A stretch of DNA of 32,000 nt from Thermoplasmatales archaeon (GCA_030595715.1 JAUVCN010000003.1:1-32000); one strand, 5' to 3'; shown: positions 1 to 8,839, counted from the stretch's first letter. Notes: a model not told the origin generated them from the sequence alone. Made by a program: numbers and translations.

Positions 1-1
1 C

Positions 2-1543
2 GATGTTCATGATGAATACTATCGCATCGGATATGTCGGTTCCAGATGGAACATCTGTGATGTTCAGTGTATAGATCTTCTTTACAAGATCATTCTCCGC
101 TGTTACAGGAATATTGCTGAAATCTTCAACGATGGGCTGGACGAACTTGTTTCCGACCTCATCCGATATTGTCAATGAATAGGCACCGGGCATTGGCTGA
201 AGCTCCGAACCGGGATATACCGCTCTGACACCCTGGAAGAAGAATTTCTCAGCACCCATCACCCAACCTCCGTTCTCAATGAATCCCACGTTTTCGGAAA
301 ATGCCACCATGGATCCTTTCAACTCCAAATGGTTCTCCACCCAAAATGCATCATCAATTAACTGGGAGGCTGGCATTGTCCCAGCACCCAAAATGGTCAT
401 TTTCAGGTCCTGGAAAACCCTCATGGGATAATCAAACGTAGGTGTGAATGCGAAAGTGATGACAAGATATCCATTTTTAATCACCGCACTGGAGGCCTTG
501 GGATTGAGTTCAATGAAACTATTGGGGTCATTTTTTGAGAAGAAATATGACCCATCCAGGTTCTGGAAGTAGATCACATCCGCAAATCCGTTACCCAAGG
601 TGGCTCCGACCACCCTTATCATATCATTGTTGATGGGGTGGCGAACCTCTGCTGTTATCTTATAATCTTTATGCATAGCATAGAGCGCGCCTCCTTCTTC
701 GGTGTCTATGGAGGCCTGTCTCATCTCCGCTATCTCCTTGCCGTACATCACAGCAAGTCCCGATCTTAAGTTCGTATCCGCACGTTGAGTGTATGCAATT
801 CCTTTTGTGCCGGTTATATCCTCTATGCCAGCCGTTGAATATCCTCCGTTTGAGTAGGGAGCGTATGACGTATCCGCGTCCAGGTACTGCATCTTTATCA
901 GACCGGATTCATAGATGATTATCTCGAATGTGATCTCATACTGGGAGGGTTGGGGTTGGCCGCCGTAGGAACCGGGTGCAAGGGCCTTGTGCCATTCAAA
1001 ACATACCCATTTCTCACCGTATGTTTGACCCTCCAGCGCGAATACCTTGAAATTATGAGTCGGATAAGATTGGTATCCTCCGATGGCATATCCCCAGGCG
1101 GCGACAACACCATTCTCATATGAGGGTGATGGGAACGAACTGCCGAAATTGTAATATCCTGGCACACTGGAATACTGCCACCCTCCGAAATCGATATAAC
1201 CTCCGCAGACAACATTGCAGGTGTCGTATGAACCATCATAAAAGGGGAACAGAAAAGGAAGATCATAGCTTTGGAAGACGTTCAGGGAATAATAGTACTT
1301 AATATCCTTTAGGTGCTCGCTATTCGGGTTGCCTGCTGCATCGATCCAATCGAAATCGATCTTGGGTTCCGGGTCAAGGTTATCGACCCACATGTACCCC
1401 CCCCCGTCCTTTTCAAGGGACATTGCAGCTTCAACATTGAGATCCTCCTCATTCGTAAGGAGGTTGAATGAAACCAATCCGCCAGATATGATCAAAAAAC
1501 CAGCAATAATTATCCCGATATAACTACACGACAATCTACCCAT
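2..1543 (-). CDS. Hypothetical secreted/membrane-anchored protein, N-terminal 514 codons (C-terminus lies beyond the left window edge)
   Basis: Absent from the ORF track because it is open at the window edge. I translated the minus-strand frame by hand (codons at 2,5,8...). There is no stop between the ATG at 1543..1541 and position 2. The N-terminus MGRLSCSYIGIIIAGFLIISGGLVSFNLL is a signal-anchor helix. The remainder is acidic and Gly/Tyr-rich, like the neighbouring surface proteins. Family not recognised. Confidence 0.6.
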   Translation of the reverse strand, partial: MGRLSCSYIGIIIAGFLIISGGLVSFNLLTNEEDLNVEAAMSLEKDGGGYMWVDNLDPEPKIDFDWIDAAGNPNSEHLKDIKYYYSLNVFQSYDLPFLFPFYDGSYDTCNVVCGGYIDFGGWQYSSVPGYYNFGSSFPSPSYENGVVAAWGYAIGGYQSYPTHNFKVFALEGQTYGEKWVCFEWHKALAPGSYGGQPQPSQYEITFEIIIYESGLIKMQYLDADTSYAPYSNGGYSTAGIEDITGTKGIAYTQRADTNLRSGLAVMYGKEIAEMRQASIDTEEGGALYAMHKDYKITAEVRHPINNDMIRVVGATLGNGFADVIYFQNLDGSYFFSKNDPNSFIELNPKASSAVIKNGYLVITFAFTPTFDYPMRVFQDLKMTILGAGTMPASQLIDDAFWVENHLELKGSMVAFSENVGFIENGGWVMGAEKFFFQGVRAVYPGSELQPMPGAYSLTISDEVGNKFVQPIVEDFSNIPVTAENDLVKKIYTLNITDVPSGTDISDAIVFIMNI

Positions 1544-1782
1544 TTCTTTCAACTCCAATAAGTTGAATTACGTTCCACTCTTGGAAAGCAATTCAATTGA
1601 ATATACATTTGAATAGTATATATCAATTTCTCTCATTACCCTATACATTCTAATACATGCCCACCTGATCGGTGTTTCTTATATGGGAGAGGTTGCTTTC
1701 GTATCTACAAAATCTTCTATTCCACATAATGTTCAATGATGGATGCTGGAATAGTATTGTAAATAAAATATGGATTTTAATA

Positions 1783-4700
1783 TCACTCTTCATATTCAAG
1801 TGAATTCTGTTTTCTTCTTGTCAATATCAGGACGATGGTTCCCAATGCCAGAAGCAGCCCTGTCATTATCAAGATCAAGAAAAGGGGAGTGTTGTCCTTG
1901 TACTCATCATCATTCCCTTTCGGGTCATTCGGATCGGTTGGATCGCTTCCGTTCAGATACTCATCGAGGTTGGAGACCCCATCAAGGTCCAGATCACCTG
2001 CTGAATCATCATCCGTTGGATCCAATCCGACAGTATCGATCTCGAACTTATCCGGCATGCCGTCATCATCGGTATCGATCTTCAGGGGGTCCGTTCCATT
2101 CAGGAACTCATGTAGGTTGATCAACCCGTCAAGGTCCGGGTCCTCTGATGCATCTGACGGATCATCATCATCAAGTGAATTCAGGGTCTCCCACCATCTT
2201 GGCATTCCATCTTCATCATTATCGAAATCAATGGCATCCACCACCTGTATTGTCCAGTTTCTCCGGACCTCCCCTCCATCCTCATCGAATATCCTGACAA
2301 GTATGGTATGATCGCCTGGATCGAGGAACCTTATATTGAGATCGGAACCATTCGACTCCGTTTCGATCGATGGCAACCCTGGCCACTGCCAATCTACCGT
2401 AACAGTATCGGATGGAACATCGAAGGTGGTGATATTGAACGTCATCCAGGTCCCCTGGGGCAATTGGTCGAACTCATCAAGACCAACAAGGTTCACGGCC
2501 GCATCGGGAGCCAAGTTCAGTGCACAAACAGTGATATTATCGAATGTGAATCCGCCATCATCGTCCATTACCTTGACCTGGACAGTGAAGTTTCCATCAT
2601 CCGGTATGGTTATCTCAAAGGTCCGGTTCTCAACTGAATCGGTGCGAGCCTCACCCCATTCACCCTGGACCCCCCACTGGAACAGCAGTGGGTCGGCATC
2701 AACATCGGAAATGTTGATCTTGACCTCGATCACATCTCCTTCGTGGAAGGTCCTGTTGGTCCCACCGACCACCATCATTTCGACGGTGGGAGCCTTGTTT
2801 AAAACCTCTACAAGTTTGAAAGCTTTGAACTCTCTTTCCTGCCCGTCGGTCATTGTTAATGTGATATCGTAGGTTCCATTCTCGAGGAATGAATAATTTA
2901 GATAGGGTAGAGTTGTATTCGCTACCTCGGAACCTATCTCCCAGGAATAGTTCCTTGAATTTGCGGGAATATGATCAATGAACGTTGCATTCAATGTGAT
3001 CTCCTCACCTTCATTGATTAGGTCAGGAGCTTCTATCTCTGCCGAAAAAGAATCATTGACAAAGGTTATAGTGAATATCTCCCAATCTATCTCGTCCTCT
3101 TTATCCGGATCATTTCCTGGTATAACAACAAGGGATCCGTCTTCAACTGTCATTTCATGAGTGGTCGTTGAGTGTTCCAGATACATCCAGTCGTTGGGGA
3201 TCGGAAGATACATTTTGATATCCTCATTATCTTCCCTGTATGTGGAATTGACTAAAAGATCAATGGAATAGGTATCCTCTTCCAGGGTTCCGTTCATTCC
3301 ATATTCTGATCCCATCTGAAGTTCCATATTGGACTCTGCCTGCACAGGTCCGGAAAGGTTTGTCATGACATTATCAAGTGAATCTGGAACAAGATCGAAA
3401 TGATTTCCATTGATCGTCATGTTCTGTTGTGTGCTGTCCCCAAATGGTCCCTCTTTGAGGTCATCATTATCTTCAAAGAGCATCCCACGGAATAGCTCTT
3501 CTTCTTTTTCAGAAACAATAAAATCGCAGTTGCCCATCATCGAGTCTACAAAGGTTCGCACCGCTTTGCTGGAATTCAGGGGAAGTCTCATTCTTGATGA
3601 GGTCTCCAATGATGTCCAATTATCAAATATAACGGTTATCAGACCACTGTTCATTTGTGCAGGAAATAGAGTGATATCAACATCAGTATCTTCGGTCAAA
3701 TTCCACTCAGGGCTGAAATAAATATCGTAGTTCTCGGTTTCGAACGGATCGTCCTCCATCGCAAACAAGAAACCCTTACCTTGAGGTAGATTGATGGAGA
3801 ATTCACCATTAACATCGGTCTTCACTGAATTCGCTTGAAGGAAAGTATGTTCCATTGCGAATTGGACCGACATATTCTCGATAGGATAGCTGTCCATATT
3901 GTTGACTGTCCCATTAATCCAGATTTCCAGCTTCTGGATCGAAAAGTTATTCCATACGTTGGCTCCATCTTCGATCTCGATGGTATTGTGATATGATGCA
4001 TATCCTTCGAACATTGTAATGAACATGAAATTTCCGGGCCATATATCCAATTGGAAATAACCATCAGGACCCGAGAGCACATGTGATCTGATCTGAAGAT
4101 CGAGATCATGGATCATTATGACAACACCTACAACCGGGGAGGATCCATCTGCCACATATCCTTCGATCGAAGAATTTAATGGAGGAATTATCGGAACCTC
4201 TATGGAAAGAACATTGTTTCCTGATCCATCCTCTACGATGAATTCTTCTCCGTAAAGATCGATGCCTTCCTTCTTCACACTGACATGATATTCTCCAGGA
4301 AATACTATGAAAGAGAATCCACCGCCGGTTCCAGTTAGGTTGTTGTATTCATGACGCCCTTCCACACCATTATATTCAAGCATGACCTCGGCATTGGCAA
4401 CCGGTGATCCATCTGTATCCACAACGGTTCCAGATACCTGTTCATCCTCTGTTGGGATCACATACATCTGATGTTCGCCTATGTTGTTCGATCCTCCAGA
4501 TACAGATGTTTCATTATGACCTTCGAAATATCCATCCTTCTGGAACACGAAAAGAATATCGGAAGGTCCGGATGGTATCTCGATCTCCATTTCATATTCA
4601 CCTGATGCGTTGGTCCATGTAGCGTTCAGGATCGTCGTACCTCCAAAGATAGCGATCACTGTTACGCCCGTGATAGGGGAAGCTACCCCATCTACAACAT

Positions 4701-4830
4701 TTCCACTGACAGTTGCTGTAACATCCCTGGTCCCCGATCCTTCGGAAAGGGACATGAAAGGAGCTGAGATCAATAATGATACGATGAACAGGATACCAGC
4801 GGTTCCCGAACCCATATATCTGGCCAACAT
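1783..4830 (-). CDS. Large type-I membrane-anchored surface protein: CarboxypepD_reg-like/Ig-like and PKD-like repeats, thrombospondin-type-3-like Ca-binding repeats, C-terminal TM anchor
   Basis: 1015-aa ORF with an N-terminal hydrophobic signal (GILFIVSLLISAPFMSLS). It has repeated beta-sandwich starts such as VSGTVVDTDGSPVANAEVML and IEGYVADGSSPVVGVVIMI. PKD-like units include GTYDITLTMTDGQ, VKVMDDDGG and LVRIFDEDGG. DxDxDG repeats are present (DNDEDGMPRWWE, DPDLDGLINLHEF, DTDDDGMPDKFE, DLDLDGVSNLDEY). The C-terminal helix LFLILIMTGLLLALGTIVLIL is followed by RRK. By my manual count there are about 30 N-x-S/T sequons. Confidence 0.85.
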   Translation of the reverse strand: MLARYMGSGTAGILFIVSLLISAPFMSLSEGSGTRDVTATVSGNVVDGVASPITGVTVIAIFGGTTILNATWTNASGEYEMEIEIPSGPSDILFVFQKDGYFEGHNETSVSGGSNNIGEHQMYVIPTEDEQVSGTVVDTDGSPVANAEVMLEYNGVEGRHEYNNLTGTGGGFSFIVFPGEYHVSVKKEGIDLYGEEFIVEDGSGNNVLSIEVPIIPPLNSSIEGYVADGSSPVVGVVIMIHDLDLQIRSHVLSGPDGYFQLDIWPGNFMFITMFEGYASYHNTIEIEDGANVWNNFSIQKLEIWINGTVNNMDSYPIENMSVQFAMEHTFLQANSVKTDVNGEFSINLPQGKGFLFAMEDDPFETENYDIYFSPEWNLTEDTDVDITLFPAQMNSGLITVIFDNWTSLETSSRMRLPLNSSKAVRTFVDSMMGNCDFIVSEKEEELFRGMLFEDNDDLKEGPFGDSTQQNMTINGNHFDLVPDSLDNVMTNLSGPVQAESNMELQMGSEYGMNGTLEEDTYSIDLLVNSTYREDNEDIKMYLPIPNDWMYLEHSTTTHEMTVEDGSLVVIPGNDPDKEDEIDWEIFTITFVNDSFSAEIEAPDLINEGEEITLNATFIDHIPANSRNYSWEIGSEVANTTLPYLNYSFLENGTYDITLTMTDGQEREFKAFKLVEVLNKAPTVEMMVVGGTNRTFHEGDVIEVKINISDVDADPLLFQWGVQGEWGEARTDSVENRTFEITIPDDGNFTVQVKVMDDDGGFTFDNITVCALNLAPDAAVNLVGLDEFDQLPQGTWMTFNITTFDVPSDTVTVDWQWPGLPSIETESNGSDLNIRFLDPGDHTILVRIFDEDGGEVRRNWTIQVVDAIDFDNDEDGMPRWWETLNSLDDDDPSDASEDPDLDGLINLHEFLNGTDPLKIDTDDDGMPDKFEIDTVGLDPTDDDSAGDLDLDGVSNLDEYLNGSDPTDPNDPKGNDDEYKDNTPLFLILIMTGLLLALGTIVLILTRRKQNSLEYEE

Positions 4831-4887
4831 GAGGTGACAATGTTCGATCGATCCTAATAAATGTTATTGTATCATTGGTTGAGCCGA

Positions 4888-7800
4888 TCACTCTTCAAGA
4901 CCATACTGTTCGACCTTTGGACCCGACCAGAAGATCACCCCGATCACTGCCAGAAGCAGTATTGCCACGATAATACCGAGTATCAGGTAAAGTGTTGTAT
5001 TCTCCTTCTGCCCCGCTTCTATCTCGAGATGGAAGGTCCTCTCTATCGTGGTATTACCCGAGACGATGGTTATCGTGATCCAGTGCTCACCGATATCCTG
5101 TCCCGATGGTTCGAACTCGATCTCACCCGTTTCGGGATCTATGTCGAAAAGATGTGTGTCATCACTGAATCGAGCCCCGGGGACCAGGTCCCCCTCGATA
5201 TTGATCTTGTAACTGAACTTGCTTCCGGTCCTGGCATCAGGAAGGTGTATCGATGGTTCGGAGAAATGCAATCTGCCACTTGGAGCCAATATCTCGAGCA
5301 TGAAGGAATAGGTAGCATTGCCTCCCTGATCATCCTCTATCGTGATCTGGACGAAGTGGGTTCCGACATCCTCCGAATACGGGACTATTCTGAGAGTACT
5401 GCCTGATATCTTGAGCCTCTCCAGCGTTGTGTTCATCGATACTTCGATAAGGTCCCCTTCCGCATCGGTCATTTGAAGGACGACGCTGAATGGAATGTCC
5501 ACGGAGGCCGTGTAATTATCCAGGATGCCAATGATCCTCGGTGGGTCGTTCACAGGCGATACGAATATACTTGCGGTCGTAATATCCTCGGACAGGCCAT
5601 CTGAAACACGTAAAGTGATATCGAAGGTTCCGGACCAATTGGAAGGAGGTTTTACCAGAAGATCGGAACCTACCAACATACACCATTCTGGAGCTCCGGT
5701 TGCCATGGAATATGTAAGGGTCTTTTCATCATCATCCGGGTCATATACATTCCGGGAAAGATCGAACACCCCCCCACCTGGAGCGTCCTCTTCCATCTCG
5801 AGCAGACCGATGGAGAGGAACCTGGGCCTGGCATTGACTTCCATTACAATGCTCCCTATGTTGTTCAGAAGATCGTTCTCGACCTGAGACGAAATAACAC
5901 CGACCGAGATCCGCTTCCAGGACCTCATGGGATCTACCATGACATCAAGTTCAACGGTATCTCCTTTGCTGATGGAAATGGTCGTCGAATGATATGGCAG
6001 GCTCCAATCATTGATGTCGTCCGGGGCATCACCCGGAATTACCATTGCGGTAACATTTTCAGCATCCCGCCCTCCTACATTCTTGATACTAAATGATAAG
6101 GTCGCAGTTGTCCCTTCCGTAAGAGGTAACGGTGATATTGACATGGAAGATCCATCCACTTCAAGGTCCATAGGTTCATCCAGAGCTGTTACATATGAGA
6201 TATGGGGGATGTAATTCTTCCCGGTCACCGATACCGTTACATTACCACCGGTGGAGAAAAAGGTGGGGACATCTGCGTAACCGTCAGGACCTGTCAATGC
6301 CGTGAACACCTCATCGGTATCTTCGAGGTACATTGTGACAAGCAGGCTCGGTATTGGTGATCCGATCGGATTGGTAGCACGAACCGTATGAATGTCGCCT
6401 CCGGCGTAAAGATCGCTCTCAGCGGTGGAAACCATCAACTCTTCAGGATCCCCGATCCATGCATGGATCGCTGGATCCCCAAGGAGGTTGTAGGTGTAGA
6501 GCTCTATCAATAGAACCTCCTTCGTTGCTATCTCGTCCCATTTGGAATCGATGTAATGCTGCTTCAGCCAGTACAGGCTATCTCCTGGCATATGGGTTCC
6601 GATCATGTTCTGCCAGAACTTCGATAGCAGATACCAGTTCCCGAGAGAGTAATCCACACCTTCTCCCCTCCAGGATACACCGGTGGATCCTATCAAACAT
6701 ATAGCTCCGCCGTTCGGCGCATACACCAGATTCTCCAGGCTCGTGTCTCCCGGAGATGAGAAATTTACCGAATCACAGGAGGATAGGTAGACGACCGGCA
6801 TCTTTCCTCCATTGGTAAGGTTCCAGTTATCCTCGTATGTCAAGGCTTCGGCGAAAGCCCCTCCTCCCGACATCAAACCATTCGGATCGATGTATTGGGC
6901 CAATGAGTATGCGATCGGAGGCGAATGCCCATAGTCGATATCATAATATGATTGGCCTGCAAATGTGAAGAATGAACATCCCTCATTCAATGCACCTGGT
7001 ATGTCTCCTACATTGAATCCATCCGTTGTGTTGGAATAAAGGCCGCCTTCATATTCAGTGTAATCATGGAACTCTGTGAGATCCAGGGCCCTTGGCAGAT
7101 ACCTTTTGGTGTAGTTTGCGAATGCCTTGTATGCATTGTCCTTGTAAGGATCGAATCCCTCATCCTCCGTGGTGTTCGGATCGTTCAAGACATTCGGTCT
7201 TTCCATGAGAGAGGTTGCTATAACTCCTTTTTTGGTCCAGTTGCCGGGTTCGGGGTCCGACTCATATTCAATGACATTTCGGACCATTCTCAATGCTTCT
7301 GTTGAGTTGCTTACCGGAAACCTTCCGACTTTCAATGGGAATGATAGATTCTCGACCCCGACGATCTCGATATCATCCCTCTCCCCATATCTGCCGTCAC
7401 CATCTGCGTCCCACTCGGTTTCCGGTGAAGAATAGTATACATCCGATAGATATGTGTCATCATATCCCCATCTGGAAGCATTCGCCCACAGATACCTGGT
7501 AGGAATTATCTCGGAGTCTCCACCCAGAAGAATATATTCCAGTGATCCTCCCGAAGATCCATATATCTCATTGATGGCTTCAAGAAGCTTTTCAGCATCA
7601 TCAGCACCGGATCTGCCTGAAAGTATGCTATCCTGACCGTCAATGGTGAATATCTCTGCTTTCAATCCAGTGGAGGACCTCCAGGTGGCCAGGTCCTCGA
7701 ATTCATCGGACAGACCTTCTGTGGTGATGATGGCATATTTCAACGACTGGGGGAGGACCTCCTTCAAGGACCTGGTCTCAACCTCTGACATACCAATGGA

Positions 7801-7926
7801 GTTTCCAGAAGATGTTAAAATTGGAATTTGAATCAGCAAGGAAATGATGATCAAGATCACGCCAAAGGTCCGAGATATGCTATTTTTCAAGGTTTCCACC
7901 TGCTCCATTCGAAGTGATGGTTCCAT
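4888..7926 (-). CDS. Peptidase C25 (gingipain)-like surface protein with Ig/cadherin-like repeats and C-terminal TM anchor
   Basis: 1012-aa ORF with a signal anchor (FGVILIIISLLIQIPILTS). C25-type motifs in order: YAIITTEGLSDEFEDLATWRSSTGLKAEI, YILLGGDSEIIPTRY, SDVYYS, KVGRFPV, MPVVYLSSCDSVNF (catalytic Cys context, codon 6775..6777). The C-terminal part has Ig/cadherin-like repeats (VSPVNDPPRI) and the TM helix LYLILGIIVAILLLAVIGVIF. Confidence 0.8.
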   Translation of the reverse strand: MEPSLRMEQVETLKNSISRTFGVILIIISLLIQIPILTSSGNSIGMSEVETRSLKEVLPQSLKYAIITTEGLSDEFEDLATWRSSTGLKAEIFTIDGQDSILSGRSGADDAEKLLEAINEIYGSSGGSLEYILLGGDSEIIPTRYLWANASRWGYDDTYLSDVYYSSPETEWDADGDGRYGERDDIEIVGVENLSFPLKVGRFPVSNSTEALRMVRNVIEYESDPEPGNWTKKGVIATSLMERPNVLNDPNTTEDEGFDPYKDNAYKAFANYTKRYLPRALDLTEFHDYTEYEGGLYSNTTDGFNVGDIPGALNEGCSFFTFAGQSYYDIDYGHSPPIAYSLAQYIDPNGLMSGGGAFAEALTYEDNWNLTNGGKMPVVYLSSCDSVNFSSPGDTSLENLVYAPNGGAICLIGSTGVSWRGEGVDYSLGNWYLLSKFWQNMIGTHMPGDSLYWLKQHYIDSKWDEIATKEVLLIELYTYNLLGDPAIHAWIGDPEELMVSTAESDLYAGGDIHTVRATNPIGSPIPSLLVTMYLEDTDEVFTALTGPDGYADVPTFFSTGGNVTVSVTGKNYIPHISYVTALDEPMDLEVDGSSMSISPLPLTEGTTATLSFSIKNVGGRDAENVTAMVIPGDAPDDINDWSLPYHSTTISISKGDTVELDVMVDPMRSWKRISVGVISSQVENDLLNNIGSIVMEVNARPRFLSIGLLEMEEDAPGGGVFDLSRNVYDPDDDEKTLTYSMATGAPEWCMLVGSDLLVKPPSNWSGTFDITLRVSDGLSEDITTASIFVSPVNDPPRIIGILDNYTASVDIPFSVVLQMTDAEGDLIEVSMNTTLERLKISGSTLRIVPYSEDVGTHFVQITIEDDQGGNATYSFMLEILAPSGRLHFSEPSIHLPDARTGSKFSYKINIEGDLVPGARFSDDTHLFDIDPETGEIEFEPSGQDIGEHWITITIVSGNTTIERTFHLEIEAGQKENTTLYLILGIIVAILLLAVIGVIFWSGPKVEQYGLEE

Positions 7927-8099
7927 TAACCCCGTGATATATATTATAAGACTTCCCGTTCGTATGTCGAACGGTTCTACAGGTTAAGGCTTATAACAAG
8001 GTATATAACCAACTTCTTATTTAGGGCGTTCTCACGGGAGAAACAGGGTCCCTATCCAGGTCCATACCTGATGGGCCCGGGGTCCCTGGCAATATGCTT

Positions 8100-8174
8100 G
8101 GGCCCGTGGCCTAGCCAGGATATGGCGCCGGCCTTCTAAGCCGGATGTCGAGGGTTCGAATCCCTCCGGGTCCG
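8100..8174 (+). tRNA. tRNA-Arg (anticodon TCT)
   Basis: Hand-folded cloverleaf. Acceptor GGGCCCG/CGGGTCC. Anticodon stem CCGGC/GCCGG with loop CTTCTAA (anticodon TCT). T-arm GAGGG-TTCGAAT-CCCTC. Discriminator G. CCA is not encoded. Confidence 0.85.
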
Positions 8175-8210
8175 CTGATATATCCCGCAGAAAAAAAAAG
8201 AGGCTACCAA

Positions 8211-8315
8211 ATGAAACGCAGCTCACGTGCATGGAAGAAAAAAGGGAACATGCGGTGGAAGTGGCGCAAAAAGAGAATGCGCCGCAGGAAAAGAGCCGCC
8301 AGATTGAAGAAGTAA
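8211..8315 (+). CDS. rpl41e: Ribosomal protein L41e (34 aa, below the ORF-track cutoff)
   Basis: ATG..TAA encodes MKRSSRAWKKKGNMRWKWRKKRMRRRKRAARLKK. The extremely basic RWKWRKKRMRR core matches the eukaryotic L41 peptide (MRAKWRKKRMRRLKRKRRK...) and the archaeal L41e N-terminal KRSSR-WKKKG extension as I recall it. It sits between two tRNA genes. Confidence 0.75.
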   Translation: MKRSSRAWKKKGNMRWKWRKKRMRRRKRAARLKK

Positions 8316-8387
8316 TTCTATCTCGGTCCTGTTGGTAGGTTCTTGTATTCATTCTGAAACTCCATTGGTAGTCTGATAGAACCCTTC

Positions 8388-8595
8388 GGGGGCATGGTGT
8401 AACCAGGTAGCACAATGGGCTCCAGTTACGAGAATGATTGGAAACGGGTCTGCTGAAGACCAGGGACGCTTGGTCGATGATGATTGACTGGAGCGATGAC
8501 CCGTAAATGAGCCTAGAGGTCTGTTGGCCTCAGCTACATACGCTCAAACGTAGGTGATACCCGTTTGTCTGGGTTCAAATCCCAGTGCTCCCACC
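8388..8595 (+). tRNA. tRNA-Trp (anticodon CCA) interrupted by a ~133-nt intron (8426..8558) at the canonical 37/38 position
   Basis: The 5' exon is GGGGGCA-TG-GTGT-AACCAGGTA-GCAC-A-ATGGG-CTCCAG. The 3' exon is A-CCCGT-TTGT-CTGGG-TTCAAAT-CCCAG-TGCTCCC-A(CC). The acceptor (GGGGGCA/TGCTCCC), D, anticodon (ATGGG/CCCGT) and T stems all pair. Intron boundaries are inferred from the cloverleaf and I did not verify a bulge-helix-bulge fold. Confidence 0.8.
8434..8499 (+). ncRNA. Box C/D-like guide RNA inside the tRNA-Trp intron (guides aimed at tRNA positions 39 and 34)
   Basis: Elements in order: AUGAUUG (8434..8440, degenerate C), guide 8442..8449, CUGA (8453..8456, D'), AUGAUGA (8477..8483, consensus C/C'), guide 8485..8494, AUGA (8496..8499, degenerate D). 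Guide 2 pairs 10 bp with 8419..8428, and the 5th nt upstream of the D-like box faces C34 (8422). Guide 1 pairs 8 bp with 8559..8566, and the 5th nt upstream of D' faces C39 (8560). Confidence 0.6.
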
Positions 8596-8612
8596 TATTG
8601 ATCCTTATTATT
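8580..8612 (+). repeat. Direct repeat copy 1: 3' end of tRNA-Trp plus 17 nt of flank (att-like)
   Basis: TCCCAGTGCTCCCACCTATTGATCCTTATTATT. It recurs at 8927..8959 with 1 mismatch in 33 nt, and its first 17 nt recur at 8764..8780. Confidence 0.8.
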
Positions 8613-8645
8613 TTTGATTTTAAAATAGGTGCCTTAGAGACGCAA

Positions 8646-8658
8646 TGGGATTTGAACC
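8646..8658 (-). repeat. Inverted copy of the tRNA-Trp T-arm (GGTTCAAATCCCA)
   Basis: The reverse complement of 8646..8658 is identical to 8572..8584. A further direct T-loop fragment TCAAATCCCAGT at 8738..8749 is identical to 8575..8586. Confidence 0.7.
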
Positions 8659-8664
8659 GAAGGT

Positions 8665-8711
8665 GGTTGAGCATTAGGCAATCCATCATCAACGACATAT
8701 AATGCTCAACC
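8665..8711. repeat. Perfect 12-bp inverted repeat with 23-nt spacer
   Basis: GGTTGAGCATTA (8665..8676) pairs with TAATGCTCAACC (8700..8711). An 8-bp hairpin follows: GCAAAATC-tct-GATTTTGC (8715..8733). Confidence 0.8.
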
Positions 8712-8763
8712 TGAGCAAAATCTCTGATTTTGCGGAATCAAATCCCAGTTAACACTTTGAATT

Positions 8764-8780
8764 TCCCAGTGCTCCCACCT
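8764..8780 (+). repeat. Direct repeat copy 2: 17-nt tRNA-Trp 3' end fragment
   Basis: TCCCAGTGCTCCCACCT is identical to 8580..8596. Its CCACCT end forms part of the left arm of the 12-bp inverted repeat at 8775..8821. Confidence 0.75.
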
Positions 8781-8821
8781 TTCTTCTTTCGTCAATTTCA
8801 TTAAGCTACGAAGAAAGGTGG
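8775..8821. repeat. Perfect 12-bp inverted repeat with 23-nt spacer
   Basis: CCACCTTTCTTC (8775..8786) pairs with GAAGAAAGGTGG (8810..8821). Confidence 0.8.
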
Positions 8822-8839
8822 TAAACATTAATTGCATAC

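Noticed and set aside
1835-2872. 158-aa, 109-aa and 178-aa plus-strand ORFs
   Set aside because: They lie antisense within the 1015-aa surface protein gene. Their Ser-rich translations are typical of the complement of Asp/Glu/Thr-rich coding sequence. The same reasoning applies to the many 60-150-aa antisense ORFs inside 4888..7926, 9996..14198, 14517..16238 and 16262..20803.
8032-8415. 127-aa minus-strand ORF in the supplied track
   Set aside because: It runs antisense across tRNA-Arg, the L41e gene and the 5' exon of tRNA-Trp. Its sequence is Cys/Ser/Phe-rich with no recognisable family. The plus-strand features explain the region fully.
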